DNA of 63,818 nucleotides, counting the filler, from Octopus bimaculoides (taxonomy: Eukaryota): assembly GCF_001194135.2 (NCBI RefSeq). It is 3 parts of 3 records of this genome, joined end to end, with 100 filler letters (N's around TTAATTAATTAA, not from the genome) between each part and the next. Parts side by side here need not be neighbours in the genome. Positions count along the whole stretch, not along the records: positions 47,414 to 63,818 come from NC_068983.1; 2 more parts are not named here. The stretch is one strand, 5' to 3'. Below are positions 52,800 through 63,818 of the stretch, piece after piece (position 1 is the stretch's first letter; each line of letters opens with the position of its first letter). Below the pieces are notes generated by a model. The model did not search any database. It saw only the letters and a program-made list of their open reading frames with translations, and was not told where the DNA came from. A program made the translations under genes and the position numbers.

Positions 52800-53075
52800 C
52801 TATCATTGAGGGATATTTCTGATCATGAAATTCTAAGCAATTCACACAATTTATGTTCCAACTGAAACAGAGTAAGCTATGAACAGACACTTTAATTCCG
52901 GGAAATATTTTATGCACATTCTCGAAATTTTGTGATGATTGTATTCCTATTATCCAGGTCTGTTTTCTAACTCTTCTTTTACAAAAATAGGTAATATTTT
53001 TACTGTGTTTCAAAGCAGTTTGCCAAACAAAGCTAATTCTTCGTTGCACCATCATCTTGAAAAATATGGATCCGC
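52800..53075 (-). mobile_element. Possible very degraded Tc1-like transposase fragment
   Basis: IFQDDGA followed, in another frame, by W..QSSQNFENVHKI, loosely resembling FQxDNAP...WPxQSPDLNPIENxW. Confidence 0.25.
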
Positions 53076-53379
53076 CACAAGACAAGTATTTGTACGGAGG
53101 TGCTTATACGTATGCATGTGTGTGTCTGTTACGTGTGTGTCTCAAAGTTTATGCGATATAAACTATACGTACCTCTAAAAAATTATTTCATATAACAATT
53201 TTTATATGTAACGCTGTCATGGCACCTAACTGTCAACTTTTGTGATATTTGTAATAACACTTTATTTTACAGATATTTTTTTTACTGACTGAAGACTGAC
53301 AAACAGTGTTTTAGGAATTTCAAATGAACACAATACAGATGTAATAATAACACTTGAGATGATGGTGCATTTGACTAGC

Positions 53380-53600
53380 TATTCAGACATGGATCACTCG
53401 AAATGCTAACTGGATCACTGGAAATGATAACAGTTGTAGCCATCTTCCCTAAAATCACATTCTAACTGTCATAAAAAAAGACTATATGGCACGACGCAGT
53501 GCTAGCTATATCAAAATACAGGATGGTCACGAGTGGGAAGTCTTTCATCATAGGTCAGCTCAATCAGGATTGACTTGGAGTTAAGCAGTAACAACAAAAT
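53380..53600 (+). mobile_element. Short interspersed repeat family D
   Basis: ggatggtcacgagtgggaagtctttcatcataggtcagctcaatcaggattgacttggagttaagcag matches the reverse complement of 55220-55300. Confidence 0.6.
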
Positions 53601-53862
53601 GTATTAGCTTGCCAGTATTCCCACGAATATATGTATCTCTATTTGTGTGCCTTGTATTAATACGGTGTGTAATGCGTATAGAAGAAACCCACGGCTTGTT
53701 CATTAAAATAATTAGTTATAATTTCTCTAAATATATTGTTGATGACGTTGCATACACATAACATGACGTAGATACGGTGAGTAGAACAAAGTGAGTGGAG
53801 AAGATTAGTGATGTATATAACAGGGTTATGCAACCCGGCAGTATATGTGTGTGTGAGTGTGA

Positions 53863-53896
<34 letters not shown>

Positions 53897-54186
53897 NNNN
53901 NNNNNNNNNNNNNNNNNNNNNNNNNNNNNNNNNNNNNNNNNNNNNNNNNNNNNNNNNNNNNNNNNNNNNNNNNNNNNNNNNNNNNNNNNNNNNNNNNNNN
54001 NNNNNNNNNNNNNNNNNNNNNNNNNNNNNNNNNNNNNNNNNNNNNNNNNNNNNNNNNNNNNNNNNNNNNNNATATATATATATACATATATACATAAGAT
54101 ATATTAATGTATATATATATATATATTCTTCTTCTGACGCTATTAATAATAATAATATTACCATAATAATAGTTATTATTATTATT

Positions 54187-54816
54187 GCCTTTGCACAGCT
54201 TCTAACGCTAGAGATGTACTACGGTGTCAGCTATTCACTACCAGTGAACTAAGGTAACACCTCTTATTTTTCGAGCACCTTCCAGAGTATTCGAGTGCTT
54301 CCAAGCAGTGTTGTTTTCTGCAAGGGCTGCACCCTTATTGCAGCCCCTATTTGTTCCATGTACTTCTCAAAATTTTTACTCACTGTTAGCAGGGCTTCGA
54401 CAATTATCGGTACTATCGCCACCGTTTTCAGCGACCACAGCTACTTAACCTCCCATGCTAACCTGTCGTATCTATATACTTTTCTTTCTTCCTTATCGCA
54501 CACCTTGTTGTCAGCTGGGCATGCTTATATCTATGATCCAGCATAGTTTGTTTTCTTTCTCAATTAATACTATGTCTGGTTTCCTATTCTCTATCTCATG
54601 GTCGCACTGAATCACAAAATCCTCATTTTCGATGATGCCTTCGGGTTTATGTTCGTACGAGTTTTTTGCTCTGCCAAGTCCATACTTGTTGCTAAGTATT
54701 GAATCGACAAACCTTGCTACATTGTCATGACGTCCCTAATATTCCTTCTGGGTTAGGGGCGTACATCGGCTGGTATTATGCCATACGGTTTCACCATTTT
54801 GTCCAAAGATTCTGCA
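54187..54816 (-). mobile_element. R4/Dong-type LINE 3' fragment, copy E (third lineage)
   Basis: CRIFGQNGETVWH..CTPLTQKEY*GRHDNVA..YEHKPEGIIENE..DHEIENRKPDIVLIEK..LQKTTLLGSTRILWKVLEK*; short 3' UTR ends tgtgcaaaggc-aataataataat. Confidence 0.9.
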
Positions 54817-55175
54817 CTGGGGCAGTGCCTTGAAAAAATTTTAGCCGAACGAATCAACCGCAGTACTTATTTTTGTTTTTAAGCCTGGTACTTATTCAAT
54901 CGAACCTTTTTACCGAACCGCTATGATACAGGGATGTTAATACACCAACACTGGTTGTCAAGCGGAGGCTGGAGACACATACACACACAAACACGCAAAC
55001 ACAGACAGACATACACGCACATATGTACACGACGGGCTTCATTTAGTTTCCGCCTACGAAATCCACTCATAAGGCCTTGGTTGGCCCGGAGCTACAGTAG
55101 AAGACTCATGCCCAAAGTACCAGGCAGTGAGACTGAACCCGGAGCCAGGTGGTTGGGTAGCAAACGTTTTATCAT
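54817..55175 (-). mobile_element. SINE family A (intact head, 3' terminus missing), fused to the 5' end of copy E
   Basis: Head ccaaccacctggctccgggttcagtctcactgcc; internal (CA)n; breaks at aaggcactgccccag|tgcagaatc. Confidence 0.8.
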
Positions 55176-55219
55176 ATGAGGCATCTATGAAAGATATCAG
55201 TCAAGGCAGACAGGTACAC

Positions 55220-55415
55220 TTGAACAGAGAAGTTTTTATGTTGTTTAGCACCAGCTGAACTCTGATTGAGCAAACTATGATCAAAGGTGCTCCACCCGTT
55301 ACCACCCAGTGCATATTGCTACATTTACCAACGGTTCCTCCCATTTATTGAGAAAATAGTGTGTGACTGAAAGTAACGTGGCAGCTATTTCTAAAAAGTT
55401 GAACAAACGCGTAGA
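55220..55415 (-). mobile_element. Short interspersed repeat family D
   Basis: Reverse complement gives gaaatagctgcc...cacctttgatcatagtttgctcaatcagagttcagctggtgctaaacaac. Confidence 0.6.
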
Positions 55416-55668
55416 GGATTTCATAGAAGAGAAACGGAAAGTAAATTTAAATGAGATAATATGAATACTGTCTAACTAACGGCATAAAAAAAAGCATGCA
55501 ATTAGAATCAAGTGCAGTGAATCCAGTAGAGATTTTACGCGCTTCTGTCAGAACTGTGGAAGGGAAGTAGCAACAAGGGAATAAAGAAGAAGACAGAGCA
55601 AATTGCCGAATCAAAACATTGCGTTATCTAGTTTTAGTTAGGTTTATATATAAATCCAAAGTGCTCTT

Positions 55669-55669
<1 letters not shown>

Positions 55670-55728
<59 letters not shown>
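55670..55728. repeat. (AAT)n array
   Basis: Direct inspection. Confidence 0.95.
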
Positions 55729-55999
55729 TAGGATTTTTAATTGCTGCACAAGACCAAAGCCTCCCCACCAGAAATTACCAAAAACACATAATGAAAAGAA
55801 ATATAACAAGTAACTGTAGAATATGTGGAGATCGACAAGAAACAATAAATCATATTATCTCTGGCTGCCCAGTCCTGGCTAAGAAGGAATATATTCACAG
55901 ACACGACAGAGCTGGGACCTATATACACTGGAAGCTATGCCAACATTATGGAATAGCAACAGAAAAAAGATGGTATAAACACACGCCAGAAAAGGTCAC
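55729..55999 (+). mobile_element. R4/Dong-type LINE, 5'-truncated copy D with an uninterrupted frame; remainder probably in gap 56000-56477
   Basis: GFLIAAQDQSLPTRNYQKHIMKRNITSNCRICGDRQETINHIISGCPVLAKKEYIHRHDRAG..WYKHTPEKV (CCHC knuckle); (AAT)n on both sides of element plus gap. Confidence 0.9.
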
Positions 56000-56477
56000 N
56001 NNNNNNNNNNNNNNNNNNNNNNNNNNNNNNNNNNNNNNNNNNNNNNNNNNNNNNNNNNNNNNNNNNNNNNNNNNNNNNNNNNNNNNNNNNNNNNNNNNNN
56101 NNNNNNNNNNNNNNNNNNNNNNNNNNNNNNNNNNNNNNNNNNNNNNNNNNNNNNNNNNNNNNNNNNNNNNNNNNNNNNNNNNNNNNNNNNNNNNNNNNNN
56201 NNNNNNNNNNNNNNNNNNNNNNNNNNNNNNNNNNNNNNNNNNNNNNNNNNNNNNNNNNNNNNNNNNNNNNNNNNNNNNNNNNNNNNNNNNNNNNNNNNNN
56301 NNNNNNNNNNNNNNNNNNNNNNNNNNNNNNNNNNNNNNNNNNNNNNNNNNNNNNNNNNNNNNNNNNNNNNNNNNNNNNNNNNNNNNNNNNNNNNNNNNNN
56401 NNNNNNNNNNNNNNNNNNNNNNNNNNNNNNNNNNNNNNNNNNNNNNNNNNNNNNNNNNNNNNNNNNNNNNNNNNNNN

Positions 56478-56526
<49 letters not shown>

Positions 56527-56539
56527 TGCCCTTTCACTC

Positions 56540-56608
<69 letters not shown>
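56478..56608. repeat. (AAT)n array interrupted by tgccctttcactc (56527-56539)
   Basis: Direct inspection. Confidence 0.95.
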
Positions 56609-59015
56609 TTCATTTATTTGCCACAATGGTAAAGGATGAGGTGTCAATACAGAGACAGACATAAAGTGTTGGGGTTTACATATAATAATGAGATGATAAA
56701 AAAAAAGTATACACGGTATACACTGGAAAAGAAGGGACACATGCATAGCATACGAAAGTAAAAAAAAAAGCTTCCGGTAGGTAGCACTGCCAGGCCAGAG
56801 ATTTTTGGAAATTATCCATTGGTCCCGGTCCGAAAGTTCCACGGAAAAGAGCGACTGGCTGATCTTCTTCGACGCCGAAGGTCTCCCCAAAAACTTCGTC
56901 GCACTTTTCCTCCGCTAATCCTCTATAAAAATCTAAAGTGGACGTTCTACCTATCGCACTGTCCGATTAACTGAGGGCTTTCCAAATGCTCCCACTCGGT
57001 CTCTGTTTTACCCAGGACTGCAGTTCCGTTAAAGAAATTAGCTGTGGAAATATGTGTCTGGCGAACGGCCACTACACCTGTTCACTGCCAAGAAAACACT
57101 GAAGATGTCGTAACCTCAGTGCATGTCTGCACATCATCAATCACAGCATCCCCAGGCTACCATGCAAAGGGTTTTGACAGCAGATAGACCGCCTGACCGT
57201 CGCGACGCGTCCCTTCCACAAGAAGCGGAAGAGTATACGCTCCTGCGTAATCAGACGGTGGCTAACACAAGGCACGACAGTCAAGCGATAGCAGATGACA
57301 GACGCATTAGCCACCACTGTCCAAACTTTCAAGGGTAGCTTTCTCTCAGCCCATTTCTGGGTGAGAGTAGTCACCCTGCTCGTTACCTCGTCCATGTTTT
57401 TGTCCATCTGGTGGTCCAGACCGAACTAGACCCCGAGTAATTTAACCGGTCCGTCTGTCCGGCGCCCAACGTCACAGTTGGATGGCATGGACTTACTTCT
57501 CAAGGTGCCGAGCCGCAAGTCCACTGATTTCTCCTGGTTAATTATCGCTCTTGAAACCGCCTCGTAGTTCCTGAGAGTGGTGCCGATCATTTCCATGTGT
57601 TTATGATCCGACACCACCGGCATATGCCGACACGCATCTCCCACATCCTAGGTCACGGGGGATACCTCTCAATGCCTCTAGTTTGAGCAGTAGTGGCTCG
57701 AGAGTCAGTATGTACAAGAGAGATGAGAGGAGGCCGGACCGAGCGCATGATGTTTAACGGCTATGAGAGGTGACCGTTCACTCTGACCACTGCAGCGATC
57801 CAGCCCATAAATACAGACCTGAAACCAGCTGCCTTGCGGACCGCCGCCAGGTATGGAGGGTCAACTCTAGCGAAAGCAACAGATTGATCTAAATTGATCA
57901 GGACTTCACTAGTGCCAGGTACTTTAGCCACTTTCTCAATGTGTATCGCATGAGGTGGAGGTTGTCGTGGAGGGATCTTTTCGGGATGGCACATGTCGGT
58001 ACCTCTCTACCTGATCTCCAACGACAAGCGCCAATCTCTTTGCTAACACCTTGGCTAAAATTTTGAACTCTGCATTCGGCAAAGTTAAGGGCCAAAGGTT
58101 GTGAACACAACCCCCCTTGTTTGGAACTTTTCTCTGCAACGTCCCCGCCCCTCGGCTCACAAAACTGGGAATTCTTCCATTCTGTTGCCAGTTGCAGTAA
58201 ACGTTTGCTAAGAGGTCGCCGAACGAATTTGGTATGTAAGCGTAAAACTGGTAGGGCAGATCATCCAAATCAAGCGATTTACTTCTCGAGCAGCTACCCA
58301 TTGCTTCCCGCATTTCACAAGCTGTTATCGGCCTTTCGCAGCGCTCTGCCTCCGTCACCGAAAGCCAGAGCAGCCCGTCGTGGTAACAAGTGAAATCCAT
58401 CCTGCGATCCGGCTCACCGCTGCGCCCGAACAGCTGAGCGAAGCGCTGCTGAAAGCCGCACACATCTGTCTCAGATCAGCTATCATTTGCCCTTCATGAT
58501 CCGGCAAGGATCGGATCGTGGATTTATTGTGACGCCGTGCCTCTACCACTCGGACCTATTGAACGGTTTTCGTCCCTTTGTGTCTAAGTGCTCGTGCCTT
58601 AGCTCTGACAACACAAGCTTCGTGTTTCATGTTGAAGAATTGGTCGAGTGCCAATCTCGCTGCGAGCACGTCGGTCGCGATGCCTTTTCTAAAATTCTCG
58701 TCTAACTTCTTGACTAGCTCTGCCTCAACTCTGTTTCTTTCTACTGCTAGTCCTTTGCTAAACTTTATCAATTCTATTCTAATCGCTCTTTTGAGGGCGA
58801 ATCACCATTTATTGTTGGTTATTTCTCCCGTCAACGACGGCAACGACATGTTCAGCTTCCAGTATCCGGGTCCCTGTGTATGAAGCCTGTCCAAGTTCAC
58901 TGCACAGATCACTAATTTGTGGTCTGTGTAGTCGACTACTTTAGACTGTGGACAATCTATGCTATCCTTATCTGATCTGGACGACCCAATGCTGTTGGAC
59001 CAGGTTCGCACTGAG
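56609..59015 (-). mobile_element. L1/Tx1-like LINE, copy 2 (end of APE endonuclease through RT; knuckle deleted; 3' end present)
   Basis: TWSNSIG..YTDHKLV..GPGYWKLN; LDDLPYQFY..WPLTLPNAEFKILAKVLAKRL; DGPVKLLGV; ILFRFLWKGR; DNFQKSLAWQCY shared with copy 1; ends ttgtggcaaataaatgaa then (ATT)n. Multiple frameshifts. Confidence 0.92.
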
Positions 59016-59515
59016 AGGGGAGGGAGAGGATAGAGAAGTGGAGGGGAGGATGATGGATGAGAGGATAGGAGGGGGAGATGGAGCAGAGGGAGATGAGGAG
59101 AGGAGGAGATGAGGGGGTGGGAGATACGTAATTTTTTTTAACTAAGGTTTTTCTTCTGTTATTAGCCCATCTATAACGCTTCACGTGATTAGTGAATGGG
59201 AAGGCGATGAGAGAAAGTAAAAGGTGAGATAAAATGCGAAGAGTGAGAGAGAAAGAGGGAGAGTGTTGTGTATTAAGTCTATAAAATTGTTCATAGAGTA
59301 TACGAAGTATATATATAAGATGCATTAAGTAATCATCGTTTTCCACTTTCCTTCACTTTTCAGTGATTAGCAGACGACTGACTATCTTTTAATACAGACA
59401 CAACACAGACTACGCTTTCAGGTATTTTGGATAACATTTTCCGAAATAACTCGATAAAGTTTACCATTAATTCCGTGAAATATTCAATGGTCAAGCTAGT
59501 TATTAACATTATTAT

Positions 59516-59865
59516 TGAGTGAGAGAGCAGTGCATGCCATCAAAGTGACACTGGAGTAAGATATAAGAAGCTTTTTGTGCATTCCTGTCAGATATTTTAA
59601 CCAGAAATTGGAGATCTTGTCGTGCCCAGGTGCCTTCCAGTTGCTTAGTCTTTGCAGTGCCTGGGTGACCTCTTCAGTTGTTATAGGGGTCCAGAGTCGC
59701 TCAGGTGTTAAGTTCGTTGTTTTAATACTCCTTTTCTGAGGTTGTTGCTTCACCGACCATATTTCTTTCCAAAATTCTTCCACTTCTTCTGCTGTTGGTA
59801 CTGCAGCAATGCCTATTTTATTTTTACCAAGTTCTTGGTAGAATTTTTGGGGGTTGGATTTGAAT
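59516..59865 (-). mobile_element. Chimera: R4/Dong pre-RT segment joined to the 3' end of the AAT-anchored element
   Basis: FKSNPQKFYQEL..PTAEEVEEFWKEIWS..ITTEEVTQALQRLSNWKAPGHDKISNFWLKYLTGMH, then gcttcttatatcttactccagtgtcactttgatggcatgcactgctctctcactc-aataataat. Confidence 0.85.
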
Positions 59866-60476
59866 TCTTCTTCTTCTTCTTCTTCTTCTTCTTCTTCTTC
59901 TTCTTCTTCTTCTTCTTCTTCTTCTTCTTCTTCTCCTCCTCCTCTTCTTCTTCTTCTTCTCCTCCTCTTCTTCTTCTCATCTTCTTCTTCTTCTTCTTCT
60001 TCTCCTCTTCTTCTTCCTCTCCTCCTCCTTCTTCTTCTTCTTCTTCTTCTCCTCCTCTTCTTCTTCTTCTTCTTCTTCTTCTTCTCTTCTTCTTCCTCTC
60101 CTTCTTCTTCTTCTTCTTCTTCTTCTTCTCCTCCTCTTCTTCTTCCTCTCCTCCTTCTTCCATCCTCCCTGCATTCTCCTCCTTCTCCTCCTTCTCCTCC
60201 TTCTCCTCTTTCTTCTTCTTCTTCTTCTTCTTCTTCTTCTTCTTCTTCTTCTTCTTNNNNNNNNNNNNNNNNNNNNNNNNNNNNNNNNNNNNNCTCCTCC
60301 TCCTCCTCCTCCTTCTTCTTCTTCTTCTTCTTCTTCCTCTCCTCCTTCTTCCATCCTCCCTGCATTCTCCTCCTTCTCCTCCTTCTCCTCCTTCTCCTCT
60401 TTCTTCTTCTTCTTCTTCTTCTTCTTCTTCTTCTTCTTCTTCTTCTTCTTCTTCTTTTTCTACTTCTTCTTCTCAA
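59866..60476. repeat. (CTT)n/(CCT)n compound array with an N gap
   Basis: Direct inspection; explains several long spurious ORFs. Confidence 0.95.
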
Positions 60477-61099
60477 CCATTCTCGGTATCAATGCCGAGT
60501 CTAGTTATCACGCACCCTACTAATATCACCTTGCTCAATTCCTTCATCCCCAGAACTGTAACTCACAAGTTTTGTTCCTTCAAGTTCGTCTTTTCTGCAC
60601 TTAATTTAGCGTACACATCAACCGCGTTAATCTCATTGGTCTGGGAGAGTCTATAAAGTTTATGAGTACTATTTTTGCCCCGCTTTGCCAAACTTTTGAG
60701 CACGCACACATCTCCACATACACACAAACACTTATCTACACATACATTCATGTTTCAATATTCTATTTAAATTTTGACTTTATGAGTAAATATTATTATT
60801 GTATGTCTAAATATTGTGTTAGTATTTTGTGAGTAAATATTGTAAATATTCTATGTGTAAATATTTTGTTTGAATAGGTCACTGTGAGTGGAATGGAAAA
60901 TTCCCTTCGTGCGAGATGTCGTCCATCTGAGACATTTCAAGTCCTGCCAGTTCAGTTGAGCAACTATGATGATACACTCCGCCTCCTTGTCTTCTATATC
61001 ATCTATACGGGAAGGGCTGTGTGTAAGTGATAAAATAGGGTCAAACGAACTAAATAAAAAGGAGACATAGAGAGAGTTTAAATGCAGTTCTCCCTCTCT

Positions 61100-61240
<141 letters not shown>

Positions 61241-62089
61241 TACATAAAACTTACATGGAAGAGGATGTGTGGCGTTCAATCGTATAATAGTATACATAAT
61301 NNNNNNNNNNNNNNNNNNNNNNNNNNNNNNNNNNNNNNNNNNNNNNNNNNNNNNNNNNNNNNNNNNNNNNNNNNNNNNNNNNNNNNNNNNNNNNNNNNNN
61401 NNNNNNNNNNNNNNNNNNNNNNNNNNNNNNNNNNNNNNNNNNNNNNNNNNNNNNNNNNNNNNNNNNNNNNNNNNNNNNNNNNNNNNNNNNNNNNNNNNNN
61501 NNNNNNNNNNNNNNNNNNNNNNNNNNNNNNNNNNNNNNNNNNNNNNNNNNNNNNNNNNNNNNNNNNNNNNNNNNNNNNNNNNNNNNNNNNNNNNNNNNNN
61601 NNNNNNNNNNNNNNNNNNNNNNNNNNNNNNNNNNNNNNNNNNNNNNNNNNNNNNNNNNNNNNNNNNNNNNNNNNNNNNNNNNNNNNNNNNNNNNNNNNNN
61701 NNNNNNNNNNNNNNNNNNNNNNNNNNNNNNNNNNNNNNNNNNNNNNNAGTAAGAACAAAACAGTAAAAACAAGCGGTGAGGGCTGTTAAGCCATAACGAT
61801 GTGAAGTGGTGAACGCTGGAAAAACGAGCTTTGAGAAGAGACAGGTAAAAGCACGTCTTGTCTTTAAGAAGGAAGTGGAAGAAAGAAAGATAGATAGCCG
61901 TTGGTCACGTGTGAGCAATGAGAGGGTGAAGGAAGTAGAGTGAGAGAGAGAGAGAGGAAATGGTGAAGGGGAGAAGAGACGAATTAGAGAAAGGGTAGGA
62001 GAGAAAAGCAGAAAGGAAGAAGAACAAGAGAGGGAGATAGAATAGAGATAGGTTGTAGAGTGTGCATCGGAATTATTCAGAATTATTAA

Positions 62090-62250
62090 GATAAAACTTA
62101 CTTGGAAATGGATGCATGGCGTTCGATCATCTCTTCAGTTATCTGGCCATTGAAAAACTGAAGATATGGCGGCGTGGGTTTCCGCCCCGGCATCCGAAAT
62201 TCGGAGTTTTATCATGGCTACTGAATAATTGTCACATATTTTTACCGATA
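62090..62250. mobile_element. Family P repeat: plus-strand hammerhead-like unit preceded by an inverted related unit
   Basis: 62156-62250 is homologous to 38272-38365; 62130-62156 is the exact reverse complement of 38256-38282. Confidence 0.7.
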
Positions 62251-62626
62251 TATATATATGCGACAAGAAATAATGTTTGCCTCCTTTTATGGAGACAAAA
62301 TGGTTTATAAGACAGCAACAAAGAAGAGCTCAAATGAAATTGAGGCAAAAATACATGTGTGTGTTTGCGTGTGAGTGTGCGCGCGCGTGCGCGTGACGTG
62401 TGTAGTGCGTGTTTGTTCATTACGTGCAGCAGAAGTATTAAATAAAAATAAGACATTTGTTCATCGTACTAAATACAAATAGTTTGCGAAAGGCAAATAA
62501 ACTGTATGTTCGTCCTTGGAGAATATCGCTCATGGACGTGCTTTGTTTAAAAATTGGTAGAAGGCGAAAATCACCCAGTAGCCATGGTGGGAATGCTAGT
62601 AGTACATTTCTGCCTGGTTTGGGCTT

Positions 62627-62850
62627 CGTCAGTAAGGCGATGAGCAGCCAGAATTGTTAGCGCACCGGACGAAATGCTCAGTGGTATTTCGCCCGTCGCT
62701 ACGTTCTAAGATCAAATTCCGCCGAGGTCGACTTTGCCTTTCATCCTTTCGGGGTCGATAAATTAAGCACCAGTTGAGTACTGGAGTCGATGTAATCGAC
62801 TTAGCCCTCCCCAAAAAATGTCAGGCCTTGTGCATACAGTAGAAAGAATG
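62627..62850 (+). mobile_element. SINE family B, full length
   Basis: aaggcgatgagcagccagaattgttagc..gatcaaattccgccgaggtcgactttgcctttcatcctttcggggtcgataaattaagcaccag..ggccttgtgcatacagtagaaagaat. Confidence 0.88.
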
Positions 62851-63199
62851 CGCTTTGTCAGTAGCATGTATTCACTGACAACTGCATAAGACATAATGGT
62901 AAGATATAGGTTTGTGTTTTTCAATACAGTGCATACGTAAGAGATATCTCCGGACGAATATCATAAGTTAATTTGCCTTTCGTGATGCATTTGCATTAAG
63001 TATGATACATAGATGATTATTTATATGCAGGTGTGTAAATGCATGTGTGTGTAAATATGTGTGCGTGGGTCCGTGCATGTGTGCGTGTGTGTGTGTGTGT
63101 ATGCGCGTGCATGTGCATCTCGCTTTGCAGTTCGTCATAGGTAGATGGTGCGTTTTCGTTTTCTTTAAATAAACGTATGTGAAGTTTCTAATGCCGAGA

Positions 63200-63222
63200 C
63201 GATGAAGATGATGATGATAATG

Positions 63223-63253
<31 letters not shown>

Positions 63254-63350
63254 TGACGACGACGACGACGACAATGAGAATGATGACGATGACGGTGACG
63301 ATGACGTTGATGATGGTGGTGGTGGTGTTGGTGGTGGTGGTGGTGGTGAC
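63200..63350. repeat. (GAT)/(GAC)/(GGT)n compound trinucleotide repeat
   Basis: Direct inspection. Confidence 0.95.
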
Positions 63351-63766
63351 TGTTTGTTTGATGTTGTGCGTTGCAGTGATTGCACTCTGATCATTAAAGC
63401 TGTGTCGCTTAATGTCCGCCGCACCAGTGACAACTTACGAAGACGTGGCCTGTATGAGAGATGCTTGTTCGTCTGCAACATCTAAAAACAGTTGGCAGTT
63501 TGTACGGCGCCTCGCAGGACACTGTGAAATGCAGAGCGCAGTGTAAACTGACGCCATATCTAGTAATTAGAAGCAACAAGCGAAGGCGCGACCAGGGTTG
63601 TTTTTGTTTTTGCTGTTGCTTTACTTCTCCCGTTCACCTTATTTATGGCTATCACAGGCAGTGTATGTTCATAAAGTGAATTTATGAAAATGCACAGCAT
63701 ACAAATCACAGATTGCAAAACTATCACCCTCTCTTTTATACCACTCTTGTTCTCGCTTTCGTTCTT

Positions 63767-63768
<2 letters not shown>

Positions 63769-63818
<50 letters not shown>
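63769..63818. repeat. (CT)n microsatellite
   Basis: Direct inspection. Confidence 0.95.

Noticed and set aside
60139-60406. About 77-bp direct repeat (..ccatcctccctgcattctcc..) on both sides of a 37-N gap
   Set aside because: Most simply an unmerged contig overlap in a (CTT)n array; cannot be distinguished from real duplication without reads.
60476-60600. PFSVSMP..LLNSFIPRT, resembling an L2/CR1 C-terminus
   Set aside because: One short motif without the following LWNSLP; insufficient to call.

Overview
Eukaryotic, repeat-dominated, AT-rich window with roughly 5 kb of N gaps and very dense di-, tri- and tetranucleotide microsatellites. I found no convincing host protein-coding exon, tRNA, rRNA or CRISPR array; all long ORFs in the track are microsatellite or N read-through, or transposon remnants. 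The SINE types and microsatellite load resemble an octopus (coleoid cephalopod) genome; this is recognition from memory, not a database result. Content: (i) two degraded L1/Tx1-like LINEs; (ii) at least seven fragments of R4/Dong-type LINEs (CCHC knuckle plus restriction-like endonuclease) from several lineages, several ending in (AAT)n; (iii) two Hsmar1-like mariner fossils, a rosa/DD41D-like fragment and several MITEs; (iv) many copies of tRNA-derived SINEs and other short repeats. The best leads are two. First, a mirror-image architecture at two loci where R4/Dong LINEs and a short AAT-anchored element sit tail-to-tail inside the (ATT)n tail of a Tx1-like LINE, suggesting one retroelement supplies the target for others. 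Second, three unrelated short repeats carry hammerhead-ribozyme-like cores (7124-7313, 35820-35890, 38256-38365/62090-62250), one with the core elements in a non-canonical, permuted order. Coordinates of degraded repeats are approximate (about +/-20 bp).
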